A stretch of 64,000 bases of DNA from an uncultured delta proteobacterium (GTDB lineage Bacteria; Desulfobacterota; Binatia; UBA9968). The first letter of the stretch is position 1. The number at the start of each line of letters is the position of its first letter. Under the pieces are notes generated by a model, which was given only the letters and a program-made list of their open reading frames with translations, did not search any database and was not told the origin of the DNA. Shown piece by piece: positions 41,589 to 52,086 of this stretch. Position numbers and translations under genes: made by a program. The stretch spans positions 230,948 through 294,947 of the forward strand of contig CAVUVW010000019.1 of NCBI GenBank assembly GCA_963745035.1, written 5' to 3'.

Positions 41589-42494
41589 ATGACTTTCCAT
41601 CAACTGGAAATATTCGATGCCGTTGCCGAACAGTTGAGCGTTACCGAAGCGGCGCGAAAAATTAAAATCAGCCAACCCTCAGTATCCAAACAGTTGCGCT
41701 TTCTCGAACGCGAATGTGGTCTAAAACTTTACGTCAAATCCGGACGGGGCATCAAAATTACTGACGAAGGCCGTTTGTTGCAGACAGCCGCTAAGCCGAT
41801 CCTAAAGCAGATGGAAGAGCTGCGCGGTACTTTTCTGAATCGCGTCACTCATGCACGTGCCAGCACGCTCCGGGTGGGGAGCACGCCCAGCCCGGCGGCG
41901 TTCTTTTTGCCGGGCGTGCTCAAGTCCTTTGTCAGCCTCCATCCGAATGTTCATCCGACTCTGCGCACCGGCTACCCTGAGGCGATTAGAGCCATGGTGC
42001 TCAATGGAGAGGTCGACGTTGCCGTCACGACGATTGCTCCTGCTCATCCGGAAATCATCGAAGAGCCCATCGCTTCCGAGGAAATAATAGCCGTTGTATC
42101 TGCCAAGCACGCTCTGGCGAGCAAAAAAAGACTGACGGAGAGCGAGTTAGCGAAAGTTCCTTTCATCATGAACACCGAAGGACACATCACCGAGAAAATC
42201 AAGAAACTGGGTTTGCGCCTCAATGTAGTGATGTGGTGCGAATCCATAGATCTAATAAAGACCGCTGTCCAGGCGGGCCTGGGTGTCGGACTCTTTTATC
42301 GCGGCAGTGCCGAAGCGGGTTTAAGGCAGGGCTACTTCAAAGCGCTCGAGATGCCGAGATTGAAGAATATCAAAATCGCCTGCTACGTCATCTATCGAAG
42401 AGGCATTCGGCCTTCTTCCAATCTGAGCAGTTTATTATCGCTGCTGCGCCAATCCGCAAAACACCCGCTCGCCTTGAGAGGTAACCGATACTAA
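41589..42494 (+). CDS. LysR-family regulator divergent from the catabolic operon
   Basis: MTFHQLEIFDAVAEQLSVTEAARKIKISQPSVSKQLRFLE HTH. Confidence 0.92.
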   Translation: MTFHQLEIFDAVAEQLSVTEAARKIKISQPSVSKQLRFLERECGLKLYVKSGRGIKITDEGRLLQTAAKPILKQMEELRGTFLNRVTHARASTLRVGSTPSPAAFFLPGVLKSFVSLHPNVHPTLRTGYPEAIRAMVLNGEVDVAVTTIAPAHPEIIEEPIASEEIIAVVSAKHALASKKRLTESELAKVPFIMNTEGHITEKIKKLGLRLNVVMWCESIDLIKTAVQAGLGVGLFYRGSAEAGLRQGYFKALEMPRLKNIKIACYVIYRRGIRPSSNLSSLLSLLRQSAKHPLALRGNRY

Positions 42495-42745
42495 AAACTG
42501 AAAGCGATAAGGCCCGCGAACCGCTTCTTCTCCAGCCATTCGTCACGCTCACTCATGCCTAACGAATAAGCAGTGCGCCTGCTTGATTAGCACCATAACC
42601 CCACCGAGACCGTTCCGTTAGCAAATTCTTAACGATTTTATTGTCTACGATCGGGGAAGAGTCCGTTTGATGGTGGCGCGTTAGTTGCTTTTTGTTCCTG
42701 GGTACGGTGTGGACCAATCGAATTTCACAAAGGGGGAACGGAACG

Positions 42746-43816
42746 ATGATAGGCAAGCAGAAATACATCTCTTCTCTGGGAAGTATGGTGATTTCACTCT
42801 TTTTAGGCGGTGGCATCTGCTTGGGTCAGAGCGCCGCGGAGACTGATCCTCGATTCGAAAAACTCGCCCGAGATCTCTATCCGAAAGCCAAGCAGGAAGG
42901 CGCTCTGGTCGTCTATACGATCTGGGACGTGGAGCACGTGCGTTCGATCTTGGCGGTGTTCAATAAACGGTTTCCGGGCATCAATACGACCTACTGGCAG
43001 GGCACCCGATCTGAAATCATTGCGCGCACTCTGACCGAATTTCAGGGCGGTCAGCGAACCGCCGACGTGATTCTCAGCGAAGGAGCGCCGGTGGTTCTGC
43101 GCGCCGCGGGCGCCATCGAGCCTTACAATACCGTGCAGGCCAACGCGCTGCTGCTTCATGATTCGACGCTGCCCACGGTCAGCCTGCAGATCATGGCGCT
43201 TTCTTACAACACAAGGAAGCTCAAGGCCGAGGAGCTGCCAAAGAGCTGGGAAGACGTGACCAATCCGAAATACAAAGGAATGGTCGCCCTCGACGATCCG
43301 CTGAGAGCCGGACCGCTGAGCGGTATGCTGGCCGGCCTCAAGGAATATTGGAAGGAAGACGCGCGCTGGAGCAAATTCATCCGCGGTCTCAAGGCGCTCA
43401 ACGTCACCGTGCACAAAAGCACCAGCGCGATGTTCCGCCTGCTGATCGCCGGCGAATACGCGATCTCCATGCCATCTTTGCTGCATGACGTGATCGAAGA
43501 GAAGGAAAAAGGGACGCCGGTCGATTATCTCAAGAGCGCGGCGCCGGTGATCTCGGCGCAGCAGCTCGGCATCTACGGCAAGGCGCCGCACCTGAACGCT
43601 GCCAAGCTGTTCGCCGAATGGATGATCACGCCGGAGGGACAATCGGCGGTGGCCGCGGTGGGACGGGAAGTTTCCCGAAAAGGCATCAAGTCCAAGGCGT
43701 CGATCGAATACGCGTGGGGCGGTAACGTGAAACCGATCCCGATCGTGAACAATGCGTTTTCCGAGAACCCGCGAAAATGGCTCGACGAGAACGTCAAGCC
43801 GGTGTGGGAAAATTAG
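42746..43816 (+). CDS. Extracellular solute-binding protein (AfuA/Fe3+-type family)
   Basis: AKQEGALVVY, PKSWEDVTNPKYKG, APHLNAAKLFAEWMITPEGQ. Confidence 0.85.
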   Translation: MIGKQKYISSLGSMVISLFLGGGICLGQSAAETDPRFEKLARDLYPKAKQEGALVVYTIWDVEHVRSILAVFNKRFPGINTTYWQGTRSEIIARTLTEFQGGQRTADVILSEGAPVVLRAAGAIEPYNTVQANALLLHDSTLPTVSLQIMALSYNTRKLKAEELPKSWEDVTNPKYKGMVALDDPLRAGPLSGMLAGLKEYWKEDARWSKFIRGLKALNVTVHKSTSAMFRLLIAGEYAISMPSLLHDVIEEKEKGTPVDYLKSAAPVISAQQLGIYGKAPHLNAAKLFAEWMITPEGQSAVAAVGREVSRKGIKSKASIEYAWGGNVKPIPIVNNAFSENPRKWLDENVKPVWEN

Positions 43817-43903
43817 TGGGGCATTTGTTTCTGCCTGGCGGTGGGCATATAAATAAAGCGCGCGTTCGGACAAAAAATTCGAAAGGTTTGAATTCAAAAG
43901 TCT

Positions 43904-45190
43904 ATGGCCAGCGAGCAGGAACGGACCGAAGTCCTCAAACATATTCAACGCGAAGAGCTCGGCGCGCTCACTAAAGATTTGGTCGATATTCCGAGCCCCA
44001 CAGGCGCGGAGAAGGGGATCGGTGAATTTATTCTCGACTGGTTTGCCCGCCACGGCATCAAGACCGTGCGCCAGGTGATCAGTCCCGAGCGGCTGAACGC
44101 GGTCGGCATCGTCGAAGGCAAGAGCAACGGCGTGTCGCTGACGATCAACGGCCACATGGACACGAGCTACACGGGCACGGAAGAAGATCGCATGTTCTGC
44201 CGCGCGCTGGAGCCGGACAGCGACCTCAAGGGTGCGGTGCGCGACGGCAAGGTGTTCGGCCTGGGCGCGTCGAACATGAAATCGGGACTGGCGGCGTTCA
44301 TGGTTGCCGGTAAGGCGATCCGGCAAAGCGGCGTTGCGCTCAAAGGCGATCTGATTCTCGCGGCGGTCGCCGGCGAGATTTCGCGCACGCCCATCGGCCC
44401 CTACCAGTCGGAATCCTATCGCGGCGAAGGCACCGGGACCATCCATCTTTTGACCCACGGCATGCAATCCGACTACGCCATCGTGGCGGACCGCTCGGGC
44501 CATTCGGTCGTCTGGGCGCAAAACGGCGTGGCGCAGTTCAAGATCAGCACCTTCGGCGACCCACACGCCGCTTGGGGCGTCACGCGCGAAGAGAAACCGC
44601 CGGAAGCATCGAGCGCGATTCTGAAAATGATGAAAGTTTTGCAGGCGATCGATGGTTGGGCCGCGGAGTTCGAGCGCGCCCACGTCTATCAGTCGCCGCA
44701 CGGGCCCATCGTGCCCAAGGTCAATATCGGCGCCATCCAAGGCGGCGCGCCGTTCCGGCCCAACTACTATCCCGGAGTCTGCGCGGTGTATCTCGACGTG
44801 CGCACCCCGCCGGAGCTTCGTCCCGTGCAGGTGCAGCACGAGCTCAAGGACGTTCTCGCCAAGCTCGGCATCGAGCATGAAATCGAGATGTACGCGTCCA
44901 AGATGGGCTACGAATCGAAGAACGCCGGCGCCATCATCAAAGTCGTTGAAGAAAGTTATCAGTCGCTTTTCGGCAAGAAGACGCCGGCGCCGACTGGCTT
45001 GCACGCCAGCATATGGACCGACACAAACATCTACAATGAGATGGGCATTCCCGTCTGTAAATTCGGGCTCGGCGGCGGGCGATGGAAACAGCGCTCCGAG
45101 CAGATCGATGTCGAAGACATTTACAAAGCCGCGCAGGTTTACGCTTGCGCGGCTTTGGAAATCTGCAACTGGGACAAACCGAAGGCGTAA
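43904..45190 (+). CDS. M20/ArgE-family hydrolase with non-canonical metal ligands
   Basis: LVDIPSPTGAE, NGHMDTS, GLGASNMKSG, VNIGAIQGG. Confidence 0.82.
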   Translation: MASEQERTEVLKHIQREELGALTKDLVDIPSPTGAEKGIGEFILDWFARHGIKTVRQVISPERLNAVGIVEGKSNGVSLTINGHMDTSYTGTEEDRMFCRALEPDSDLKGAVRDGKVFGLGASNMKSGLAAFMVAGKAIRQSGVALKGDLILAAVAGEISRTPIGPYQSESYRGEGTGTIHLLTHGMQSDYAIVADRSGHSVVWAQNGVAQFKISTFGDPHAAWGVTREEKPPEASSAILKMMKVLQAIDGWAAEFERAHVYQSPHGPIVPKVNIGAIQGGAPFRPNYYPGVCAVYLDVRTPPELRPVQVQHELKDVLAKLGIEHEIEMYASKMGYESKNAGAIIKVVEESYQSLFGKKTPAPTGLHASIWTDTNIYNEMGIPVCKFGLGGGRWKQRSEQIDVEDIYKAAQVYACAALEICNWDKPKA

Positions 45191-45206
45191 TTTTCCGAGA
45201 TCCACG

Positions 45207-45377
45207 ATGGAAAGCCGGGTGCGCAAGCTCGACGCCGAATACGGCTTCGGCCTCAGCGAAGACGAGATCCAAATGATCGCCCGCCGGGCCGAGGAGTTCG
45301 AGCAACTGTTCCGCGCGCTCTACGAAGTCGATCTGGGCGACAGCGCGCCGCTGCTGAAGCTCGACAAAGGGAACTGA
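45207..45377 (+). CDS. Small GatC/AtzG-like protein (56 aa)
   Basis: MESRVRKLDAEYGFGLSEDEIQMIARRAEEFEQLFRALYEVDLGDSAPLLKLDKGN; 2 nt before amidase ATG. Confidence 0.6.
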   Translation: MESRVRKLDAEYGFGLSEDEIQMIARRAEEFEQLFRALYEVDLGDSAPLLKLDKGN

Positions 45378-45379
45378 CC

Positions 45380-46822
45380 ATGGCGGCGAGCGCCGGGACG
45401 GCTACCATCAGCGAGCTGGCGCCGCTGCTGCGGGGCAAAGAGCTTTCCCCGGTAGATCTCGCTAAAGAGTATTTAGAACGGGCGCGGCGGCTCAATCCGA
45501 CGCTCAACGCCTACATCACTCTGACCGAAAAACAGGCGCTCGAGGACGCGGCGCGGGCTGAGCGGGAAATTCAGCAGGGACAATATCGCGGCCCGCTGCA
45601 CGGTATTCCGTTCGCGGTCAAAGACAATCTAGCTACGCGCGGCGTTCGCACCACGGCGGGCTCGAAGATCCTCGACAACTGGCTTCCCGAATTCGATGCG
45701 ACGGCGGTTGAGCGTTTGAAAGACGCCGGCGCTATTCTACTCGGCAAGACTAACATGCACGAGTGGGCGCTCGGCGGCACGACCATCAACCCGTTCTACG
45801 GCACGACGCGCAATCCCTGGAACCAAGATTTCATCGCCGGCGGCTCCAGCGGCGGCTCGGCGGCAGCGGTGGCGGCGGATCTGTGCGTTGCGTCGATCGG
45901 CACGGACAGCGCGCAATCGGTACGCAATCCGGCCTCCATGTGCGGCATCGTCGGTCTCAAACCGACTTACGGACGGATAAGCCAGTACGGCACCGTGGCC
46001 GGCACCGGCGCTTATTCGACCAATCATACCGGTATTCTAAGTAAGACGGTGGCGGACTGCGCGCTGGTTTTGCAAGCGCTCGCCGGCCACGATCCCAAAG
46101 ATCCGCTGAGCGCGAACGCGCCGGTGGCGAACTACTCACAGGGGATCGGCAAGAGCGTCAAGGGAATCAAAGCCGGTATTCTGCGCGGCTACTTCGACGA
46201 GTTCGTCGCCAAGGAAGTCGCGGAAAACTTTTCGCAGGCGGTGACGGCGCTCCGAGCGCTGGGTGTCGAGATCGAAGAGGTGACGACCCGCCACATGGAT
46301 CTGATTCCGGCGATCAAAGTCTGCACCAGCCGGGTCGAGAACGCCGCCGCCCACGACCCATATCTCAGAACGCGGGCGAAGGACTACAGCAAGGCGACGC
46401 TCTACAGCTATATTTCCGCGCTGCTGACCCCGGCGGCGACCTACGTGATGGCGCAGCGGGCGCGGCGCATCGTTTGCGATGAATTCGACGAGCTGCTGAA
46501 GCGCGTGCAATTATTGATCCTGCCGACCGTCGGCTTTGCCGTTCCGTCGATAGAAGATTGCCGGCAAGGATACGTGGAGCTCGACGGCAAAAAGTTGCCG
46601 CGGCAGGACGCGCGGGGCGGGCTCGAAAGCCTGTGCTGCATCCCGTTCAACGTTACCGGCCTGCCGGCGATCAGCATATGCAGCGGCTTTTCAAAATCCG
46701 GCTTGCCGATCGGGCTGCAGATTGTCGCCGGTTCTTTTCAAGAAGATTTACTGCTTCAAGCCGCCGACGCCTATGAACGGCTGGCGGCTTGGCACAGCCG
46801 CGGACCGGTGATGCCGCTCTAA
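45380..46822 (+). CDS. Amidase-signature enzyme (GatA/AtzE-like)
   Basis: GPLHGIPFAVKDN, GKTNMHE, GGSSGGSAAAV, GTDSAQSVRNPASMCGIVGLKPTYG. Confidence 0.9.
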   Translation: MAASAGTATISELAPLLRGKELSPVDLAKEYLERARRLNPTLNAYITLTEKQALEDAARAEREIQQGQYRGPLHGIPFAVKDNLATRGVRTTAGSKILDNWLPEFDATAVERLKDAGAILLGKTNMHEWALGGTTINPFYGTTRNPWNQDFIAGGSSGGSAAAVAADLCVASIGTDSAQSVRNPASMCGIVGLKPTYGRISQYGTVAGTGAYSTNHTGILSKTVADCALVLQALAGHDPKDPLSANAPVANYSQGIGKSVKGIKAGILRGYFDEFVAKEVAENFSQAVTALRALGVEIEEVTTRHMDLIPAIKVCTSRVENAAAHDPYLRTRAKDYSKATLYSYISALLTPAATYVMAQRARRIVCDEFDELLKRVQLLILPTVGFAVPSIEDCRQGYVELDGKKLPRQDARGGLESLCCIPFNVTGLPAISICSGFSKSGLPIGLQIVAGSFQEDLLLQAADAYERLAAWHSRGPVMPL

Positions 46823-46892
46823 AAATCCGATACGATTGTTTAAGGACCGCAGCGGAAAATGATGCACCGTGATGGCATCATTGGCTCGCGTG

Positions 46893-46952
46893 TTTCATCG
46901 AGATCCAGTCGGAGTTCGCCTGGATTCCCGCTAAAAGCATGCGGGAATGACG
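46893..46952. repeat. REP-like palindromic element
   Basis: atccag...ctggattcccgc-taaaagcat-gcgggaatgacg; ends like the 941-1026 element. Confidence 0.55.
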
Positions 46953-47015
46953 CAATGGAAAGTACGTAGCGCCACGCGGGGGAAATAGATCCCGGCCGTT
47001 GAAATTTGCGCGCGC

Positions 47016-48675
47016 TTAAACGGACCTGCCTGCATGGGTTTTTCCCCAGCGCGCGCGCATGGTTTTCATGGTATCGCCCTCGCCGACTTCGACGCGGGTC
47101 TTTTCCAACGCCTCCCAGACTTTCTCGTGCTCGCTTTTGGCGGCGAGGTCCGCTTCCTTCGACAAATCGTCGGGCCAGAAGCCCATCAGGTAGCCGTGCC
47201 ACGGTGCCTGAGGTTCGAGCTTGGGCAGGCCGAGCTCTTCCCAGAGCTCCTTGGCGCGCACCATGAATTCCTTTTTCGGCAAGGAGAGCGGCGGGAAGTC
47301 CGCTTTGCGTGTCGCATCGATCAGTACCGACGACTCGCAATTGTCGTAGCGGCTCGACGGGTGGGTCGCGACCATGCCGATGGGCGTCGCGCCGAAGGGG
47401 CGGTCGCCGAGAATCTTGAAGTCCTTGTGCGGCTGGGAGCGATGGGTGATCGCCCAAGTCACCGCCACCGGATCTTTGACGTTGATGTCTTCGTCGACGG
47501 CGACAACCATCTTGCCGACGCGGTCGCCGTAGTCGAGGATGCCTTGCATTACACCCCAAGGCTCCTGGTCGTTGCGCTTTTTGAGGCTGACGGCGACGTA
47601 GGGCCGGAGATTGACCAGCGGCTCGATCAGATGAACTTCGTGAACCGAGTCGAAGCCTTTCTTGACCAGATAGCGTTTGATCAGCGTCGCCATGCCCATG
47701 GCCTTGATCTTCGAGCTTTCGCTCGGTGTTACCTGGCTGATGATCGAAACCCAGATGGGATTTTTGCGGTGAGTTACGCACTTGAGCTCGAAGACCAGGC
47801 TCAAAGTGCGTGGATCGATGTAGCCCATCGATTCGCCGTAAGGCCCTTCTTCTTCCATATATTTTGTCGGGATGATCCCTTCCAGAACGATTTCCGAAGT
47901 CGCCGGCACTTCGAGATCGACGGTCTTGCACTTGATCAACGGCACGGGCGCGCCCTGGAGGCCGCCGGCCAAAGCAAGCTCGTCCACGTCGGGCGGGACT
48001 TTCTGGGTCGCAGCGTAGGAAACCACCGGGATCGTGCCGACGACGATCGCGACTTCGAGAGGTTTGCCCATGCGGCGCGCTTTTTCCCATTGATTCGACA
48101 GATCCTGCGGCGTGCCGGTCATGAGACCGGTGCGGGTGGGGCCCTTGATCAAGCCGCGGTAGTTGCCGACGTTGCGCTGGCCGGTCTCCGGATCTTTGGT
48201 GATCCAGTGGCCGGCGGTAATGTACGGCCCGTTGTCGAAGCCAGGAGTTGAAATCGGCACGGCAAACTCGTTGAGGCCGCCGCGGGCGAGCAGCTCGGCG
48301 CCCATGTGCACCTCTTCCTGAGCCGGTCCGCCGTCGACCATGATCGGCGGCACGAGATGATCCAAAGCGTAGATCCAGCGATCGGGCACTTCGTCGGGCT
48401 GGCACTTGAGTCCGAGGGAATAGATCGCCTCGGAGCCCGATAGGCCGCCGACCAGAACGGAGCAGTTGTACTTGGTTTTTTTGCCGTCGGTGACATTGCT
48501 GAATAAAAACCCGCGCCGCTGCGGATTCGGGGATGCCGCCGCGAAATTGCCAGCGCACGAGCGGCTGCAGCTCGGTGTCTTTGTTGATCTCGCGATCGAT
48601 CCGGTAGAGCTTTTCATGCGCTTCGAGCGCCGCGATGAACTCGCGCAAGTCTTCATAAGGTTTGGAAAAATTCAT
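47016..48675 (-). CDS. UbiD-family decarboxylase (frameshift ~48525)
   Basis: [52 protein letters not shown]. Confidence 0.9.
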
Positions 48676-48776
48676 GGGCTTTTGTCTATGCTTTTTTCCC
48701 CGCTTTGGCAAGGCGGGGCGCTCGACTTCGGCTTGCAAATCCGCCTCCCGATCCGTAACATTGAAAACTCTTCACT

Positions 48777-50182
48777 ATGGCTCTCAAGACTCTTCAATAC
48801 GCTCAGCAATGAAAAAGAAGAGTTCGTTCCGCTGACGCCGGGAAAAGTGCGCATGTACGTGTGCGGCGTGACGGTTTACGACTCCGCGCATCTCGGCCAC
48901 TGCCGCTTTCTGCTGACGTTCGACGTGATTTATCGTTATCTGCTGTTCTCCGGCTTCGACGTGACCTATGCGCGCAACTTTACCGACGTCGACGATAAGA
49001 TCATCAAGCGCGCCAACGATGAACAGACAAGCTGCGCGGCAATCACCGACCGCTACATCGCGGAGTTTCATCAGCGACAGTGAAGCCCTCGGTTTGCTCA
49101 AGCCTACGATCGAGCCGCGCGCGACCGACCACATCGCGGAGATCATCGAGATCATCAAGGTGCTCGAAGCCAAGGGACTTGCGTATCGAATCGACGGCGA
49201 CGTCTATTATTCGGTCGCCGGATTTCCGGAATACGGCAAACTGTCGCGTAAAAAAATCGATGAGCTGGAATCAGGCGCGCGGGTTGAAATCGATGAGCGC
49301 AAGCGCTCGCCGCTTGACTTCGCGCTGTGGAAATCGAGCAAGGCCGGCGAGCCGGCTTGGGATAGTCCATGGGGTCAGGGACGGCCGGGCTGGCACATCG
49401 AATGCTCGGCCATGAGCACCAAGTATCTCGACCAACCCTTCGATATTCACGGCGGCGGGCGCGATCTTATCTTTCCGCATCACGAAAACGAGATCGCGCA
49501 ATCCGAGGGAGCCTATAAAAAGGCGCTGGCGCGCTACTGGATTCACAACGGCTTTCTCAACATCAATCAAGAAAAGATGTCCAAGTCGCTCGGCAATTTT
49601 TTTACGATTCGCGAAATTCTGGGTGAGTTCGATGCCGTGGCGCTGCGCCATTATTTTTTGGCGAGCCATTACCGCAGCCCGATGGATTTCTCCAAGGAAG
49701 GGCTCGAAGAGGCGGGCAAGGCCGCCGACCGTATCTTTGAAACCGCAGAGCGGGCGGGGCAGTTGCTCAAGGGCGCGGCCAAAGCCGAGCCGGAGCCGCA
49801 GTTGATGGACTCCTTTCGCCGAGAAATGGACGACGATTTCAACACGCCCAGGGCGCTGGCGCTGATCTTCGATGAGGCGCGCGCGCTCAACCGCTTGTTC
49901 GACGGCAAGAAGCACCAAGCTCTTGAAAAAAGAGTCGCAGCATTTCGCTCGATGTGTGATATCCTGGGCCTATTTCAGGAAGGCTACTTCGATCGGAAGA
50001 GGGAACGCTGGCTTAAAAGGGGAATCCTTCCGGCTGCCGAGATCGACGCGCTCATTTTGCGCCGCAATGTGGCGCGCCAACAGAAAAACTGGATGGAGGC
50101 GGATCGTATTCGCGATGAGCTGCAAGGCAAGGGAATCGTCATTGAAGATACGCCAGCGGGAACGGTGTGGAAGGTGAAATGA
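48777..50182 (+). CDS. cysS: Cysteine--tRNA ligase (frameshifts ~48787 and ~49070)
   Basis: [16 protein letters not shown] (HIGH-type), [24 protein letters not shown]. Confidence 0.95.
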
Positions 50183-51996
50183 GCGGGAGCTTGCGGAAGA
50201 GCGTTGGTTTGCTCGCAACGTTGGTCATCGGCTTGGCGCACGCGCAAAGCCAGCCTGCGGCCCCGCGCACCGAAACCGCGGAAATCAATCTGCGCAAATC
50301 GATCGTTGTCCGTGAATATCAGGGGCGCCAGGTCAGCGGTGAAGAGCGCCAGATTGGGCGCGGCGATTCCTTGTGGCGGATTTTGGTCGAGGAAAAAGGG
50401 GTGGGCGAGAGCAGATTCTACAGTTATCTGGTCGTGATTCGCGGCCTGAATCCGCAGATCAAAAACCTCGATGTGCTGCGCGCGGGGGACAAGATTTTTG
50501 TTCCGTTAAAATTGGGTGATATCGACGAGGCGCCGTCGCGCGCCAGTGCCGGCGCCGGCGACGCGGTCCGGCCCGATGCGGGACGAACGATCACCTATCA
50601 AGTCAAGCCCGGAGACCATCTCTACCGGATTTTGCGCGAGCGAAATAGAAATGCCGACGACCGAAAGATCGCGCAATATGTCGCTTTGGTAAAAGATTTA
50701 AATCCGGAACGGCAAAATTGGGAGTCCCTGCACGGCGGCGAAATCATTCGCTTGCCTGCGCTCGATTCGGATCCTGCAACCGCGAAGTTCGACGGCAGGA
50801 CTCCTGTTGCCCCCTCGACTGCATCGGCCAGTTCGCCCCGGGCTACAGCGCCGATCATCGAGGCGCCTGCTGCGAGACCGGCGGCGAGCACAGCGTCATC
50901 GCGGCGTTTGGATGTCGAAGAAGCGATGCGCGCGCCGGCGCGCGAAAATATGCAATTGCTGCTGAAGATCATCGAAGCGACTGGCCAGGAAGTGCAGTCC
51001 CGCGGCGAGGAGAGTGTGACATTGCCCGAGGCCACGGTGCATTTCGACAAGAACAGCTATCCGGTAATTTATAATGGCACTCTTCGACAGAGAGCGGTCA
51101 TCGATCCGGATGGCAAGATTCCCGCATCACTGAAGACCAAGTTGAATGATCCGAGAATCGGTATACCGGTTGTTCCGATGGGAAACGGCTTGCCGATCGC
51201 CGACGCCGTTCGACAATTGCTTGCAAGCATCGGCTATCAGCCTTTGCCGGCGGATCGTCCGGTGATCGTGCAGGAATCCGGGATCACGTTCGAAGCAAGA
51301 GGGGATTGGATGGCGTTGGCTCCGGCGGTCAACAATAAGCCGCAGGAAGTGATGATCGTGAATCTCACACATCGCTCAGGTGAAGTGCCGGCGTATCTCA
51401 GCGCCGAGTTGGCAAAGCTCGGCGTGCATTTTCGCGACGTCGTCGTGCCGGCTGCAACCACGCCAGCGATCGTGCCGATCTCGGCTCAAAGTCCGCAACG
51501 AAGCGTCGAGCCAGCGAGGGAGCTGCCCAAAGACAGGCGAGAACTGGTCGACGCTTTGCTTACGTCCTTTCAGATTCCGCTTAGCGTTGCCGAAAACCTG
51601 TCTGTCGAGCTGCGCGATGGCTTGCGGCTGGAGACCCGCGTCGATCGGCTTTTTGAAATTGAGGGCAAACGTACGGCGATCTTTTTTCGCCGCATCGATC
51701 CGCTTGTACGCCAGGGGCTTCAGGAAAAACATAACACCAGCACACTCGAGCTGGAGGTTGATTCGTTATCATCGCGCGCCATCATCAATCGGGTGCTGGC
51801 CGCGCTCGGCGATCAAGCATCCTACGGCGAACACCGCTTTTCCGCTGCCGAAGGCGTAGCGCGCGACAGGCTCACTTTGAAGGCGTGGGGCTTCAACGTC
51901 AGGAAAAAACCCATGTTCGTGACCGACCGCCAGATCAGCCCGGCGCTCCAACGCTTCTTTTTTGAAAAGGGACTCGAGATCGTCTATTTTCAATAG
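50179..51996 (+). CDS. Secreted LysM-domain protein
   Basis: Signal peptide; GRGDSLWRIL..LNPQIKNLDVLRAGDKIFVP and YQVKPGDHLYRIL..GEIIRLP; ATGA overlap with cysS. Confidence 0.75.
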   Translation: MSGSLRKSVGLLATLVIGLAHAQSQPAAPRTETAEINLRKSIVVREYQGRQVSGEERQIGRGDSLWRILVEEKGVGESRFYSYLVVIRGLNPQIKNLDVLRAGDKIFVPLKLGDIDEAPSRASAGAGDAVRPDAGRTITYQVKPGDHLYRILRERNRNADDRKIAQYVALVKDLNPERQNWESLHGGEIIRLPALDSDPATAKFDGRTPVAPSTASASSPRATAPIIEAPAARPAASTASSRRLDVEEAMRAPARENMQLLLKIIEATGQEVQSRGEESVTLPEATVHFDKNSYPVIYNGTLRQRAVIDPDGKIPASLKTKLNDPRIGIPVVPMGNGLPIADAVRQLLASIGYQPLPADRPVIVQESGITFEARGDWMALAPAVNNKPQEVMIVNLTHRSGEVPAYLSAELAKLGVHFRDVVVPAATTPAIVPISAQSPQRSVEPARELPKDRRELVDALLTSFQIPLSVAENLSVELRDGLRLETRVDRLFEIEGKRTAIFFRRIDPLVRQGLQEKHNTSTLELEVDSLSSRAIINRVLAALGDQASYGEHRFSAAEGVARDRLTLKAWGFNVRKKPMFVTDRQISPALQRFFFEKGLEIVYFQ

Positions 51997-52032
51997 ACGC
52001 CTGGACATTCAATCCCGTTGGCCGGATGCGTT

Positions 52033-52073
52033 CGACGATTTGAACTATTTGAACGGCTTAAACGATTTGAACC
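52033..52073. repeat. 9-bp-period tandem repeat (TTTGAACnn)
   Basis: cgacgatttgaactatttgaacggcttaaacgatttgaacc; 17-bp core tttgaactatttgaacg also at 17169-17185. Confidence 0.65.
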
Positions 52074-52086
52074 AAAGGATCGTAAG

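Noticed and set aside
41545-41591. LysR boxes for the second LysR (ATAG-N8-GTAT, GTAG-N8-CTAT)
   Set aside because: Spacing is T-N12-A rather than T-N11-A and the region is AT-rich; too weak to call
42803-45226. 807-aa minus-strand ORF
   Set aside because: Antisense shadow of the SBP and M20 genes caused by GC-rich codon bias; no motifs. The same applies to 9640..10914, 14872..15957, 37058..38269 and 47034..48251
45207-46822. gatCA of the tRNA-dependent amidotransferase
   Set aside because: No gatB follows, the signature loop deviates, and the context is catabolic
46840-48738. 632-aa ORF as a separate protein
   Set aside because: Only its first part is the UbiD N-terminus; the rest is off-frame read-through after an indel
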